DNA of 64,000 nt, from positions 12,351 to 76,350 of the forward strand of contig JAISPR010000035.1 in assembly GCA_031274765.1 (NCBI GenBank), read 5' to 3'. Below are positions 36,597 through 46,361 of the stretch, in pieces. This stretch comes from Nitrososphaerota archaeon (GTDB lineage Archaea > Thermoproteota > Bathyarchaeia > Bathyarchaeales > Bathycorpusculaceae). Under the pieces are notes generated by a model. That model worked only from the letters and a program-made list of their open reading frames with translations, was not told where the DNA came from and searched no databases. Each line of letters opens with the position of its first letter. Position 1 is the stretch's first letter. Position numbers and translations under genes: made by a program.

Positions 36597-37627
36597 GCTT
36601 CAAAGAATTATTAAATATTTTAGAGGAGAAACAGGCAGGATTTGTGCTATTGCTATGTCATCGTAGTGCAGATGCTGACTCAATTTGTTCAGCCTATGGG
36701 CTTCAGGGGTTAATCAAGCGGTTTCTACCAAACAGCGTAGTGGAAATCGGTTGTCCCGCAGGCATCAATAAACCCTCCAAAACACTCTTAGAGTACCTGC
36801 CTATAACAGTTAACCTCAACCCCAACATTGAATCCGCAGAAGTCATTGTGCTCTTAGATATGAATACCGTGGAGCAACTAGACGAATCTGCTGATACCAT
36901 CAAAAAATCTCCCGCACCAAAAATCATCATCGATCATCATGCGCCAAATCAGGAGACCATGCGCCTATGTCGCCTTTGTATAATAAACGATAAAGCCGCT
37001 GCAAACTGTGAACTCGTCTATCAACTCTTTGCAGAAACAAAAATTAAACCCAATCTAAATGAGGCAAAAGCACTATTTGTAGGCATAGCTTTTGATACCC
37101 GACATTTTGCCTTAGCAAATTCACCTACCTTTAGTATTTTGGCAGCCTTGGTCTCAGAGGGCATAGATGCACAACAAACACTATCCCAATTCGCTTTGCC
37201 TATCGATACCTCAGAACGTATTGCTAAACTTAAAGCGTGTAAACGAACAAAAATTGTCATTATAAACGAGTGGATAGTTGCGCTCTCACATGTGAGTGCC
37301 TATCAGGCTCCAGCAGCAAAGGCTCTGGTAGATTTGGGTGCACATGTGGCAGCTGTTGCAGGAAAAAAGAGTGGTAAAATCGAAATTAGTTTGCGGAGCA
37401 TTCGGCAATTTAACAAGGACACAGGTATACATCTTGGAACAGATATCGCAGCACCTCTTGGAGAATATTTACAAGGTGTCGGTGGTGGTCATGCAATGGC
37501 ATCAGGTGTGAACGGTAAAGGAGAAATTCAGGATGCGCTAAAACAATGTTTAGCACTGTTAAAACAAAAAATAACCAACCCTGAGGCAACTACACAGCCA
37601 GAAACAATACCTGCAAAGAGTCCATAG
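36593..37627 (+). CDS. DHH/DHHA1 phosphoesterase (NrnA/RecJ-like)
   Basis: CHRSADADSICSA, IIIDHH and GVGGGHAMASG motifs. Confidence 0.85.
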   Translation: MSFKELLNILEEKQAGFVLLLCHRSADADSICSAYGLQGLIKRFLPNSVVEIGCPAGINKPSKTLLEYLPITVNLNPNIESAEVIVLLDMNTVEQLDESADTIKKSPAPKIIIDHHAPNQETMRLCRLCIINDKAAANCELVYQLFAETKIKPNLNEAKALFVGIAFDTRHFALANSPTFSILAALVSEGIDAQQTLSQFALPIDTSERIAKLKACKRTKIVIINEWIVALSHVSAYQAPAAKALVDLGAHVAAVAGKKSGKIEISLRSIRQFNKDTGIHLGTDIAAPLGEYLQGVGGGHAMASGVNGKGEIQDALKQCLALLKQKITNPEATTQPETIPAKSP

Positions 37628-37755
37628 GAGTTTATGGTTGTTTAAAAATTAGGGAATTTTTAAATTATACAGGACCAATTAGGAGCAAAAGCCAAAACTG
37701 GGTAGCTACGCTTAAATGAACAAAACATCACGCTTAGCGTGAGCAGGCACAAAAT

Positions 37756-38601
37756 ATGGCACTGATAGAAATCAAAAATCTTACCTATACCTATCCGGGC
37801 GGGTCCAAACCATCCATTGATGATGTATCTTTTAAAATAGAGAAGGGAGAATTTGTTCTAATAACAGGTCCCAGTGGGTGTGGTAAAACAACATTGTGTC
37901 GATGCTTCAATGGGTTAGTGCCACATTTCTATCAGGGAGAAATTAAAGGCGAAATAGAGGTAGCAGGGATAAATACTCTTGAGCATCGTACCTGTGAGTT
38001 GGCAAAACATGTGGGATTGGTTTTCCAAAATCCTGAAAATCAGCTGTTTGCTCTCTCAATCGAAAAAGATGTGGCGTTTGGTTTAGAAAATGTCGGTCTT
38101 TCCCGGGAGGAAATGCGTAAAAAAGTTGATTGGGCACTTCATCAAACCGGAATCTATGATATCCGGGAACGTTCGCCACATGAAATCAGCGGTGGACAAC
38201 AGCAAAGGGTAGCGATTGCATCAGTTTTGGCGATGGAGCCAGATATAATTGTGTTAGATGAACCTACTTCGTTTTTGGATTCTTTGAGTGCTGAAAAAAT
38301 TTTTGAGGTTATCTATAGGCTCAATAGAGAACAGGGAATCACTGTGGTGTTAGTGGAACATCGGCTGGATTTAACGGCAAAATACGCTAACCATCTCATA
38401 GTTATGGAACAAGGAACCATACGATTGGAAGGTGAGCCTCGTGATGTTTTGTGTAACCAAGAGACGCGCCTTATTGGGGTTGGTATCCCCAAAGCAACTC
38501 TGCTCTATGAGATGCTTAAAAAAGAAGATTTTAGTTTAGGTAATAAACCGCCGTTGGACTCTGAGGAATTAGCAGATCAAATTTTGGAGGCGTTGAAATG
38601 A
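37756..38601 (+). CDS. ecfA: ECF transporter ATPase EcfA1
   Basis: GPSGCGKTT, ISGGQQQRVAIA and IIVLDEPTS. Confidence 0.9.
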   Translation: MALIEIKNLTYTYPGGSKPSIDDVSFKIEKGEFVLITGPSGCGKTTLCRCFNGLVPHFYQGEIKGEIEVAGINTLEHRTCELAKHVGLVFQNPENQLFALSIEKDVAFGLENVGLSREEMRKKVDWALHQTGIYDIRERSPHEISGGQQQRVAIASVLAMEPDIIVLDEPTSFLDSLSAEKIFEVIYRLNREQGITVVLVEHRLDLTAKYANHLIVMEQGTIRLEGEPRDVLCNQETRLIGVGIPKATLLYEMLKKEDFSLGNKPPLDSEELADQILEALK

Positions 38602-39422
38602 TTGAAGCAAAAAACGTTCACTACAGCTACCCCAGCAAAATTGAAGCCCTAAGGGGTATCTCGCTTACCATCAGAGATGGGGAATTTGTTGCCATTATGG
38701 GACAAAACGGGGCAGGTAAATCCACCTTTGTTAAGCACTTCAATGGTTTGCTTAAACCCTCCCGTGGCACCGTTAAAGTGGATGGAGTAGAAACAGGTAA
38801 ATCCAGTGTTGCTGCTCTTGCACGTAATGTGGGGTTTGTGTTTCAAAATCCAGATCATCAACTTTTTAGTGAAAGTGTTGAAGAAGAAATTGGGTTTGCA
38901 CTCAAAAACTTTGGCTTTGAAGCAAAAGTCATCGAAGACCGTATCACTTGGGCACTTGATCTGCTTTCGCTCTCACAGTATCGCAAGACCTCGCCGTTTC
39001 TGTTAAGCGGCGGAGAACGTAAACGGGTGGCTTTGGCATCAGTTTTAGCGTGGGATCCAAAAACACTAGTTTTAGATGAACCCACTATTGGACAGGATTA
39101 TGAACAAAAAGAAAAACTTCGACAGTTCATAATGCAGCTACAGACACAGGGAAAAACGGTTGTTGTCGTCACCCATGATGTAGAGTTTGTAGCAGAATGT
39201 AATCCACGTGTTGTTTTAATGAAAGATGGTAAAATAGTTGCTGATGGCCAGGGGCAGCAAATTTTAACTGATCCAGCTATGTTAGAGTTGGCTTCAATTG
39301 TGTTACCTCAAATCGCACAGGTATTTGCCAAGCTTTCGGTTTTGGGATTGCCCAAAAACATTATTGACATCCAAGAAGCCAAAACAGTTCTACTTAGAGC
39401 CAAGGAGAAACGTGGGCAATGA
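38598..39422 (+). CDS. ecfA: ECF transporter ATPase EcfA2
   Basis: GQNGAGKST, LSGGERKRVALA and LVLDEPT. 4-bp overlaps on both sides. Confidence 0.9.
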   Translation: MIEAKNVHYSYPSKIEALRGISLTIRDGEFVAIMGQNGAGKSTFVKHFNGLLKPSRGTVKVDGVETGKSSVAALARNVGFVFQNPDHQLFSESVEEEIGFALKNFGFEAKVIEDRITWALDLLSLSQYRKTSPFLLSGGERKRVALASVLAWDPKTLVLDEPTIGQDYEQKEKLRQFIMQLQTQGKTVVVVTHDVEFVAECNPRVVLMKDGKIVADGQGQQILTDPAMLELASIVLPQIAQVFAKLSVLGLPKNIIDIQEAKTVLLRAKEKRGQ

Positions 39423-40201
39423 GTGTTTTTGATGGTTTAAAATTTCGTAGGGTTAACTCGCTTATTCACAACCTTGATCCGCGTATTAAATTTGTTTATG
39501 TCATTGGGGTCTTTATTGCGACGCTTCTTTTTCTTCAGATAATTCCGCTTTTGGCATTGTTTGTGTTACAACTACCGTTTGTGTTTTTGGCTCGTGTCCA
39601 GCGTCAGTGGTTGCGTTCTTTGCGCGGGGCGGCTTTTTTAGCGTCGTTTATTTTTCTTATCAATATAGCTACAAATTTTTTTGTAGGAGGCTACACGTTA
39701 ACACCTGAGGTGGTTGAGAGCGCTGCGGCTATGACTTTGCGATTTGTGGTGTTAGTAGAGTCATTTTCAGTGTTTTTCCTAACCACTTCACCTGATCATT
39801 TGGGTTTAGCATTAGAGCAGTCTCGTGTGCCCTACGAGTTTGCATTCGCCTTTACCACGGCAGTACGTTTTGTACCAGTATTAGCTGAGGAAGCGCAAAC
39901 CATCATGGATGCTCAAAAAGCCCGTGGCTTAGAACTTGAGAAAGGCAACCTGCTAAAGCGCATTCGCAACTATATCCCTGTTTTGATTCCGCTTATTGTT
40001 AGTGCCATTCGTCGAAGCCTTGAGCTCGCCGAAGCTATGGAGTCTCGCGCTTGGGGGGCATGCAAAAGACGCACTAACCTCTATAGGCTATGTCTACACA
40101 GAGGGGATTATGTGTTACTTGGAATTACAGTTGCAATTTTGGCAGGTGCAATCTATACATACTTTTTTGTGTCGATCCCAACAATTGTAAATTTGCTATA
40201 A
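39419..40201 (+). CDS. ecfT: ECF transporter transmembrane component EcfT
   Basis: Polytopic protein with the conserved MDAQKARGLE motif. Confidence 0.85.
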   Translation: MSVFDGLKFRRVNSLIHNLDPRIKFVYVIGVFIATLLFLQIIPLLALFVLQLPFVFLARVQRQWLRSLRGAAFLASFIFLINIATNFFVGGYTLTPEVVESAAAMTLRFVVLVESFSVFFLTTSPDHLGLALEQSRVPYEFAFAFTTAVRFVPVLAEEAQTIMDAQKARGLELEKGNLLKRIRNYIPVLIPLIVSAIRRSLELAEAMESRAWGACKRRTNLYRLCLHRGDYVLLGITVAILAGAIYTYFFVSIPTIVNLL

Positions 40202-40454
40202 ATTATCAGAAAAATCAACCGCTTTCAAGAGACAGTGAGCAAAAAAATATCAAACAAAAATTAAGTCATAGTGGCGCTTTATTGACTATTGGAGGTTTGT
40301 CAAATAGGCAGAAAAGTTTGTTTGACCAAGGTTGTGTGGAACATATGCGCATGAGAGTTAGAGAAGAAAAGATATCTATAGAGCCTGAGAAGATAACATA
40401 AAAGGGAGAGCAGAAGAATATTTAAAATAGAGCCAAATAAAAAAGGTAAGGGTT

Positions 40455-41336
40455 ATGGTTGAACATACTCGTTTTGGACCCGCGGGGGTACCGCCAATGT
40501 TTCGGTTGCTAGGTGCTTCCACGGTTGACACGCCACGTCTACTTTGTGAGGAAGGTTTAGATGCCTTTGAGTATCAAGCGGTACGGTGGGGGCCAAAGCC
40601 TCAGATAAAAGAGACTGATGCCCGCCGACTTGGCGAGGAGGCTAAAAAAAATGATGTTAAACTCAGTATGCATGGTAGCTACTTTATCAACCTGGCAGGT
40701 AAACCAGAAGTAGTAGATGCCAGCAAGCGTCGTCTGATAGCCTGCGCGACAGGGGCAGAATGGTTGGGTGCAGGGGTCATGGTGTTTCATACGGGGTTTT
40801 ATGGGTTGTTTGAGAAAGATTATGCTCTTAAGAGTTGCATTGTAGCACTCAAAGAGGTAAGTGCGGAGATGAAAAGTCTGGGTTTAGAGGTAAAGTTGGG
40901 GCCCGAGACTATGGGGCGTAGATCCCAAGTGGGCAGCTTGGATGAAATTATAACTATCAATCGTGAGGTTGAGGGGACACAGTTAGTTGTTGATTGGGGC
41001 CATCTTCATGCCTTGCATCAGGGAGCCTTTAAAGCAGTGGAGGATATGCGGGAAGTAGCAGAAAAAATTGAGCGGGAATTGGGTATTCAAGTGCTGCGTA
41101 GTATGCACTGTCACTTTTCAAAAATTGAGTTCACCAGTCAAGGAGAAAAAAAGCATCACCCCCTAGACGATCAACGGTTTGGGCCTGATTTTTGTTTGTT
41201 AGCTGAGGTGATTTTGGATTTTGGGATGCATCCCACGGTGATTTGTGAGACCCCCATTCTTGATGTGGATGCAAGAAAAATGAAGGAAATTCTGCAACAG
41301 ATGCAAAGGCAAAGACAGATACAAAGTCAGGGTTAA
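40455..41336 (+). CDS. TIM-barrel AP-endonuclease 2 / endonuclease IV-like protein
   Basis: LSMHGSYFINLAG, VFHTGFY, LGPETMG and VVDWGHLHA pattern of the xylose-isomerase-like/Nfo fold. Confidence 0.7.
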   Translation: MVEHTRFGPAGVPPMFRLLGASTVDTPRLLCEEGLDAFEYQAVRWGPKPQIKETDARRLGEEAKKNDVKLSMHGSYFINLAGKPEVVDASKRRLIACATGAEWLGAGVMVFHTGFYGLFEKDYALKSCIVALKEVSAEMKSLGLEVKLGPETMGRRSQVGSLDEIITINREVEGTQLVVDWGHLHALHQGAFKAVEDMREVAEKIERELGIQVLRSMHCHFSKIEFTSQGEKKHHPLDDQRFGPDFCLLAEVILDFGMHPTVICETPILDVDARKMKEILQQMQRQRQIQSQG

Positions 41337-41364
41337 TAGTAGTTGTGCAATTTGGCTAATTAGC

Positions 41365-41515
41365 TTGTTTTATGTTTGGTAATTTGGAAAAAATATTTTG
41401 AATTATTTATATTCAGGTTATTGTAGGTTGGTTGTTTTGTAATAATTTTTATTTTTCAAATGTTTGGGGTAATTTAATTTTTGGTTGTTTTAGAGGTCAA
41501 ATTGAATGTAGGTTT
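41365..41515 (+). mobile_element. MITE family B, copy 3 (degenerate)
   Basis: The core TTTGGAAAAAATATTTTGAATTATTTATATT...TTTAATTTTTGGTTGTTTTAGAGGTCAAATTGAATG aligns to copies 1 and 2. The termini are eroded. Confidence 0.5.
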
Positions 41516-41580
41516 GCAGGTAACTTGGAGAGGGTTGTGTGAGGGTAGTGTTGTTGTTGGGTTTGGAGTGTGTTTGGAGG

Positions 41581-42420
41581 TTATTCTAAGAACGGGGATA
41601 GGTATTGGATAATTGACTCATATGCGTCTATGTCAGGTTCTTGGGGGTTGTTGGGTTTGTCTGTTCCAATTAGCTGTTCACCGTCGTTTTCAGAGACGGG
41701 TTCATTATATTTGATTCGAAACACGCATCGTATAATACGATCGTTGCAGGTTTCAAAGGTTAAGAGGGGATATTTTACGCCTGGCAAAAGCAGGTCGTAT
41801 TTTTTTTCGGTTTTGGGTTCGATGAGAAACATTTTGATGTCTGCTAATGCCAAAAGGCTCAATAGCAAAGAGCCCTGATAATCAGGAAAGCTTGTTTGCT
41901 GATTGGCTTGGGCAATTTTTGTTTTTGCCTCTTTTATTTTTGCATCTAGGTCAGTGTTGTTCCACAGCTCTGTGCCGCATTTTTGTGCTTGCGCAATGGC
42001 TTGTTTAGTAAAACATGTGGTAGCTAGAATTATTGTATGGTTGCAGACGTGGATAGTTTGGGTTTGCTTGGCAGATAAAACAATAGCATCAGTTAAGGTA
42101 TAGTTTGGAGGATAATTTCGTGCTATAACAGCGGTTTTCTCTTTGTTTTTAGAAACGATTAAGTCGACACCGTTATTAGTTAGCCATCTGCTTTGCACCT
42201 CATATTCTAGTGTTTCAAAAAGCCATTGCATAAAAAGGCCAAATTCTTTAGTTGTGAGGCATTCAACCCGATAGGTTCCTGTATTTGGTAGAGGCGGGGG
42301 CAGTTTTTCTACATAGGTTTTTATCGCGGGTTTCTTGCCGGTTTGGGAATGAGTTTTTTTTATTCTATTTGCTAACTCTTCTGCTTTGTCTGGGGGAATT
42401 TGTAACTTGTCAGCTAACAA
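41581..42420 (-). CDS. Mrr-like restriction-endonuclease-fold protein with a substituted catalytic triad plus an unknown C-terminal domain
   Basis: LTTKEFGLFMQWLFETLEYEV...NGVDLIV...TAVIARNY...IILATTCFTKQAIAQAQ parallels the Mrr_cat layout, but ARN replaces Q/E-x-K. Confidence 0.6.
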   Translation of the reverse strand: MLADKLQIPPDKAEELANRIKKTHSQTGKKPAIKTYVEKLPPPLPNTGTYRVECLTTKEFGLFMQWLFETLEYEVQSRWLTNNGVDLIVSKNKEKTAVIARNYPPNYTLTDAIVLSAKQTQTIHVCNHTIILATTCFTKQAIAQAQKCGTELWNNTDLDAKIKEAKTKIAQANQQTSFPDYQGSLLLSLLALADIKMFLIEPKTEKKYDLLLPGVKYPLLTFETCNDRIIRCVFRIKYNEPVSENDGEQLIGTDKPNNPQEPDIDAYESIIQYLSPFLE

Positions 42421-42494
42421 TCCGACTATATCGATGTCGGGGGATTGTTCGGTTATTTCTTTTAGAATACCGTTGAATTTTAGGGGGTTTATTC

Positions 42495-43841
42495 TTAGGC
42501 CTCCTTTTTAACATGTTTGGGGCATAGTTTTTTTCTAAATTCATCAGTGTGTGTGAGGTTGAGTTTGGAGAATGATTTGCCACAGATATCACAAACGTCA
42601 TAGTGGTAGATGCATACACTTGTGTTATCATGGCTGCATTTGAATTCAAGAAAACGGCTGTGACGTTTACCACAGACGGTACATATGAAACCTTTGTCGC
42701 GTTCAAAATATTCGTCTAGGGCTTCGTCGTGAGCTAGTGGTGCTTTTTTGGAGTAAATTTTTCCTGAGTCCAAAGATTGGAGGGTGCAGTCTGTGCAGAC
42801 ATAGAAGCCGTCTTCAGTTACATAGCCTTTGGAATGGGTTTTTTTGCATAGGGCACAGACGATTTCAGGAGTGTCAATGCCTATAGTGACACTGGATTGC
42901 AGGGTTGCTTTGTTGTCAAGGGTGATTTCGAATTTAACTTTTGAGGTGTTGATTATGAGGAGGTTTTGGAGTTTTACAGTTAGACTGGTTTGGTAGGATT
43001 CAGCTTCGCGCTGTAGAAGGGCTTCATAGTCGGATTGCCATTTTTGGAAGTCAAAATCATGTTTCTTTGAGATGACCCTTTCTCGGCGCTCCCGTTTTAG
43101 CCGTCGCTCAAAACTGCGCAGGCGGGTCAGTTTTTCTTTGACAAGGGGCAACTCAAAGAGCACCATTTTTGCGCCTAAAAGTTCCTTGAGTTTTTGATCC
43201 GCAACTGTTTTTAGTGCATCATAGAGTTGGGGGTTTATTTTTGATTTAGAGTCCTGAACGTTTAGAGTTGTGTTTTCCAAAGCAAGGGCTAAATTGAACT
43301 CTGCATTGATGCAGTTGGCTTTTTCGTCAAGCAGGATGAGGAGGGTTTCTTTGTTTTTTGCGCGGAGCTTGTTTTGAAAACTCACAGTGTAGTAGAACTG
43401 AAAAAACCGCACCGTTTCTTTTTTGAGAGGTTTTATGGCGGTAATTTTGCCATTGTTTATTTGGTGAAAATAGGGTTCGGATTTGGGACAAATACAGATA
43501 CCCTCTACAAACTGAGTTTTTTGGCAATCCAAGCAGGTATTTGGGGTATCTCTAAAATATGTTAAGAGGAGCTTTTCGAAACTGTCGCGGGGACTAAGAG
43601 AAATTTGGCACAGTACCCCATTGTTTATGGATTCTTTGAGCATATGCTGGAAAACAGGGCTCCCAACTGTGAGCAGGGGGATTTTTTTCTCTCGTGCAAT
43701 GTTTGGCTGATAGGTAAATTCTTGGGCGGGTTCATTTGGATAAGTAACAGTAACAGTGTCAGGGGTTTGAGGGGTAATTGTGCCGCCTTGGGATTGAATA
43801 TAGGCTTCAAAGAAATGTCTGAGTTTTTCTTCAGGACTCAA
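42495..43841 (-). CDS. multi-zinc-ribbon protein with a YqhG-like N-terminal region (SNF2 partner)
   Basis: 448 aa. N-terminus LRHFFEAYIQSQGG...LLTVGSPVFQHMLKE; a basic coiled coil; CxxC pairs at aa ~103-118 and four or more in the last 120 aa. ATGA overlap with the SNF2 gene. Confidence 0.7.
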   Translation of the reverse strand: MSPEEKLRHFFEAYIQSQGGTITPQTPDTVTVTYPNEPAQEFTYQPNIAREKKIPLLTVGSPVFQHMLKESINNGVLCQISLSPRDSFEKLLLTYFRDTPNTCLDCQKTQFVEGICICPKSEPYFHQINNGKITAIKPLKKETVRFFQFYYTVSFQNKLRAKNKETLLILLDEKANCINAEFNLALALENTTLNVQDSKSKINPQLYDALKTVADQKLKELLGAKMVLFELPLVKEKLTRLRSFERRLKRERRERVISKKHDFDFQKWQSDYEALLQREAESYQTSLTVKLQNLLIINTSKVKFEITLDNKATLQSSVTIGIDTPEIVCALCKKTHSKGYVTEDGFYVCTDCTLQSLDSGKIYSKKAPLAHDEALDEYFERDKGFICTVCGKRHSRFLEFKCSHDNTSVCIYHYDVCDICGKSFSKLNLTHTDEFRKKLCPKHVKKEA

Positions 43842-45802
43842 TCTAAAACGCCTTGTGTGAATTGTTTGGCTAATTCTTGATTTTTCTGTACCATGTTGAG
43901 ATTCTCAGCTAGTTTTTCTAGTTCTTTTGGGATGTCAAGGCGTGAATTGCTGCGTAGAAGTATTTCTCCGATGGTTTTTTGTATATCTTGGGCATCCTCT
44001 TTTAGTTCAGCTAGTATTGTTTCCATCTTGCCTACGGCCATGGTGAATAAATCGATTTTTTGGTAGAGTACATGTAGTACGTAGTCGTCGATGGTGTCTT
44101 TGACGGCTAAGTTGAAGATGGTTACGTCGCGTTCTTGTTTGTAGCGGTGGATTCGGCCGATGCGTTGTTCGATTTTCATGGGGTTCCAGTGTAGGTCATA
44201 GTTAAACATAACGCAGCAGTTTTGTAGGTTGAGGCCTTCTGCGGCGGCGTCGGTGGCGATGAGGTATTTGGTTTTGCCGTTTTTAAAGTTGGTAATCACT
44301 TTATCTCGTTCGGTTTGATTCATATCGCCTACATAAACGGCGGCTTGTCCAAACTCGGCGTCTATGAGTTCTTGTATTTTGTGTGCGGTGATTTTGCGTA
44401 GACAGAAAAGGACTGCTTGTTCACGAGGGATCTCGTTTAGGACGTTTCTTAGCAGTTCTGTTTTTGCGCCTTTGACTTTTTGTGCTAGTTCTATTAGTTT
44501 GGTGGTGTCTTGTGTTTCTATGGGGAATCGTTGTTGGCGTCTTTTGAGGGATTCAATTGCAGCATAGGGTGAGCTTGAGAAGGATTGTTGTAGGGTAATG
44601 GCTTGGAATACCAGTATGGCGTTGCTTTGGGAAGTTGTTATTTTTCTTGTGGGGTTCTCTGCAATTAGGGTTTCAATTGTTTTGTAGTGGTTGTTGCTAA
44701 CTTTGCGTAGATATGTGGTTGCTTCTTCGATGAATTCACGTTCGGGGTTGTTTGGTTTGAGTGTTCGTGATTCGACGCATCGTTTTGTGAATGGGATGCC
44801 TGTTTGTTCTCGGCGTGTGCGGCACATGACTTCTTGGATGGTGTGTTTGAGGTAGGTGGCTTCTTGTTGTTTGACTACTCGGCTTCGGGTGTCTTTTGCG
44901 AATCGGGAGATAAATGCGCGTTCGCTGCCTAAGAGTCCGGGTTGAATCAGGTCTACGATGCTGTAGAGGTCGGTTAGGCGATTGCATAGAGGGGTTGCAG
45001 TTAGCAGGAGCAGGTGGTTTTTGCGCATGTCAGCTATTGTTGCTCGGCCTTTGCTGTGGGTGTTGCGAAAGGCGTGGGCTTCATCTATTACGATTAGGTC
45101 CCAGGTTCGGTTTATGAGGGGGTGATGTTTTTTTAATAGAAGGTTATGGGAACATATCAGGCGGTTGTTGGAGGCTAAATTGGCACGTTTTCCAGCGCCA
45201 TTGGCTATGGTGAAAGATTCTCCGAATTTTTCTGCCATTTCGTTTTTCCACTGGGATAGTAGACTTTTGGGTGTAACAATTAGCACTGAGTTGACTTCTT
45301 CTCTTAATAGGAGTTCTTTCATTATTAACCCAGCTTCGATAGTTTTTCCCAAGCCTACTTCGTCAGCTAAGATGGCGTTTGAGTTCATTTCGTTTATGAC
45401 TTGTAGAGCAGTGTGTAGTTGAAAGTTGTAGGGGATCAGTTTTGTACGTATGGCATCTATTGAGAGGAGGTGGTTGATTTTGTCGGTTTGTTTGAGTTGT
45501 GAGGCTTCTATGCTTAGTTGAAAATTTTGTAAGGAGGTATAGTTGTTTGTTTGGATTTGTTTTTTTATGTTTTTGGGGTCTGAGCAGGTGATTGTGTAGC
45601 GGGAGTTGGTTTTTTTGTTGGGGAGGTTTTCGTCGTCGAGTTTGCATATGACTGTTAGGGTTTCAGTTTGGGGGGTTGGTTTTTTTGATTTAGGGTTTGG
45701 TTTGATAGCTAAGTCGGCGAGGGTAAGTGTTGGTTCTAGGTTGAGTTCTGAGTAGGTTTTGGGGTTTTGTTTTGGTGGGATTTTTGTCAAGAGTATCGAC
45801 AT
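43838..45802 (-). CDS. SNF2-family helicase/ATPase
   Basis: Motifs ILADEVGLGKT (I), VIDEAHAFRN (II), LLLTATPLCN (III) and NPMKIEQRIGRIHRYKQ (VI). The ~130-aa N-terminal region is low-complexity. Confidence 0.9.
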   Translation of the reverse strand: MSILLTKIPPKQNPKTYSELNLEPTLTLADLAIKPNPKSKKPTPQTETLTVICKLDDENLPNKKTNSRYTITCSDPKNIKKQIQTNNYTSLQNFQLSIEASQLKQTDKINHLLSIDAIRTKLIPYNFQLHTALQVINEMNSNAILADEVGLGKTIEAGLIMKELLLREEVNSVLIVTPKSLLSQWKNEMAEKFGESFTIANGAGKRANLASNNRLICSHNLLLKKHHPLINRTWDLIVIDEAHAFRNTHSKGRATIADMRKNHLLLLTATPLCNRLTDLYSIVDLIQPGLLGSERAFISRFAKDTRSRVVKQQEATYLKHTIQEVMCRTRREQTGIPFTKRCVESRTLKPNNPEREFIEEATTYLRKVSNNHYKTIETLIAENPTRKITTSQSNAILVFQAITLQQSFSSSPYAAIESLKRRQQRFPIETQDTTKLIELAQKVKGAKTELLRNVLNEIPREQAVLFCLRKITAHKIQELIDAEFGQAAVYVGDMNQTERDKVITNFKNGKTKYLIATDAAAEGLNLQNCCVMFNYDLHWNPMKIEQRIGRIHRYKQERDVTIFNLAVKDTIDDYVLHVLYQKIDLFTMAVGKMETILAELKEDAQDIQKTIGEILLRSNSRLDIPKELEKLAENLNMVQKNQELAKQFTQGVLD

Positions 45803-46189
45803 CTACTGGCCATTTGGGTATAAAAACCTAAAATGCATCTGGGAGGGGTTTGTGTGTGCTTTTTTTTGGGTGTAGAGGGGAATTTTCTCTGCGATGGATT
45901 ATTAATTTGGGAAAATTTTTCAATTGAATTTGACAAAGGTGTTTAGCCATTGATTGGGGCTTTGTTTTGGGGATTGTTGGAAAGTGTTTGAGAGTGATTT
46001 AACATATTATTGTTAAAATTGTACAGGGAAAAGAACATATAGAAAAATACCCAATTAAGCACTCGATTTCAAGCCTATTTTCGCTATAGCTCCAAAATTC
46101 AAGTTATTTTACCAGTTGAAGCACACACTTTAGTTTTTAGCAAATTTTAAATACAAATTAAAGTCATTATTACTTTCGAGGTTACCAGC

Positions 46190-46240
46190 ATGGCCAAGGC
46201 AGCAAAAAAAGAAACAAAAAAAGCTAAAAAGAAAAAATAA
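46190..46240 (+). CDS. 16-aa Lys-rich micro-ORF (MAKAAKKETKKAKKKK)
   Basis: ATG preceded by GAGGT 8 nt upstream and an AT-rich TATA-like tract (TTTTAAATACAAATTAAAG) ~35 nt upstream. Too short for coding statistics. Confidence 0.25.
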   Translation: MAKAAKKETKKAKKKK

Positions 46241-46323
46241 AGCCGCAAACAAGCCTACCCCACCCTCATTTTTCTTTCACCCTCAACACCACACAACCAA
46301 ATACAAACCCAACACATCAATTA

Positions 46324-46341
46324 AAAAAGATTTATCTTATC
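46324..46341 (+). promoter_or_regulatory. TATA-box-like element upstream of pyrD
   Basis: AAAAAGATTTATCTTATC centred ~29 nt upstream of GTG 46362. Confidence 0.3.
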
Positions 46342-46361
46342 AACCCCGCCTATACTAAACG

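Noticed and set aside
37726-37740. Palindrome TCACGC-TTA-GCGTGA just upstream of ecfA1.
   Set aside because: A 6-bp arm hairpin is within chance expectation. It is noted only as a possible operator.
37756-40201. The ECF A-A-T module lacks an adjacent S component.
   Set aside because: This is normal for group II ECF transporters, whose S components are encoded elsewhere.
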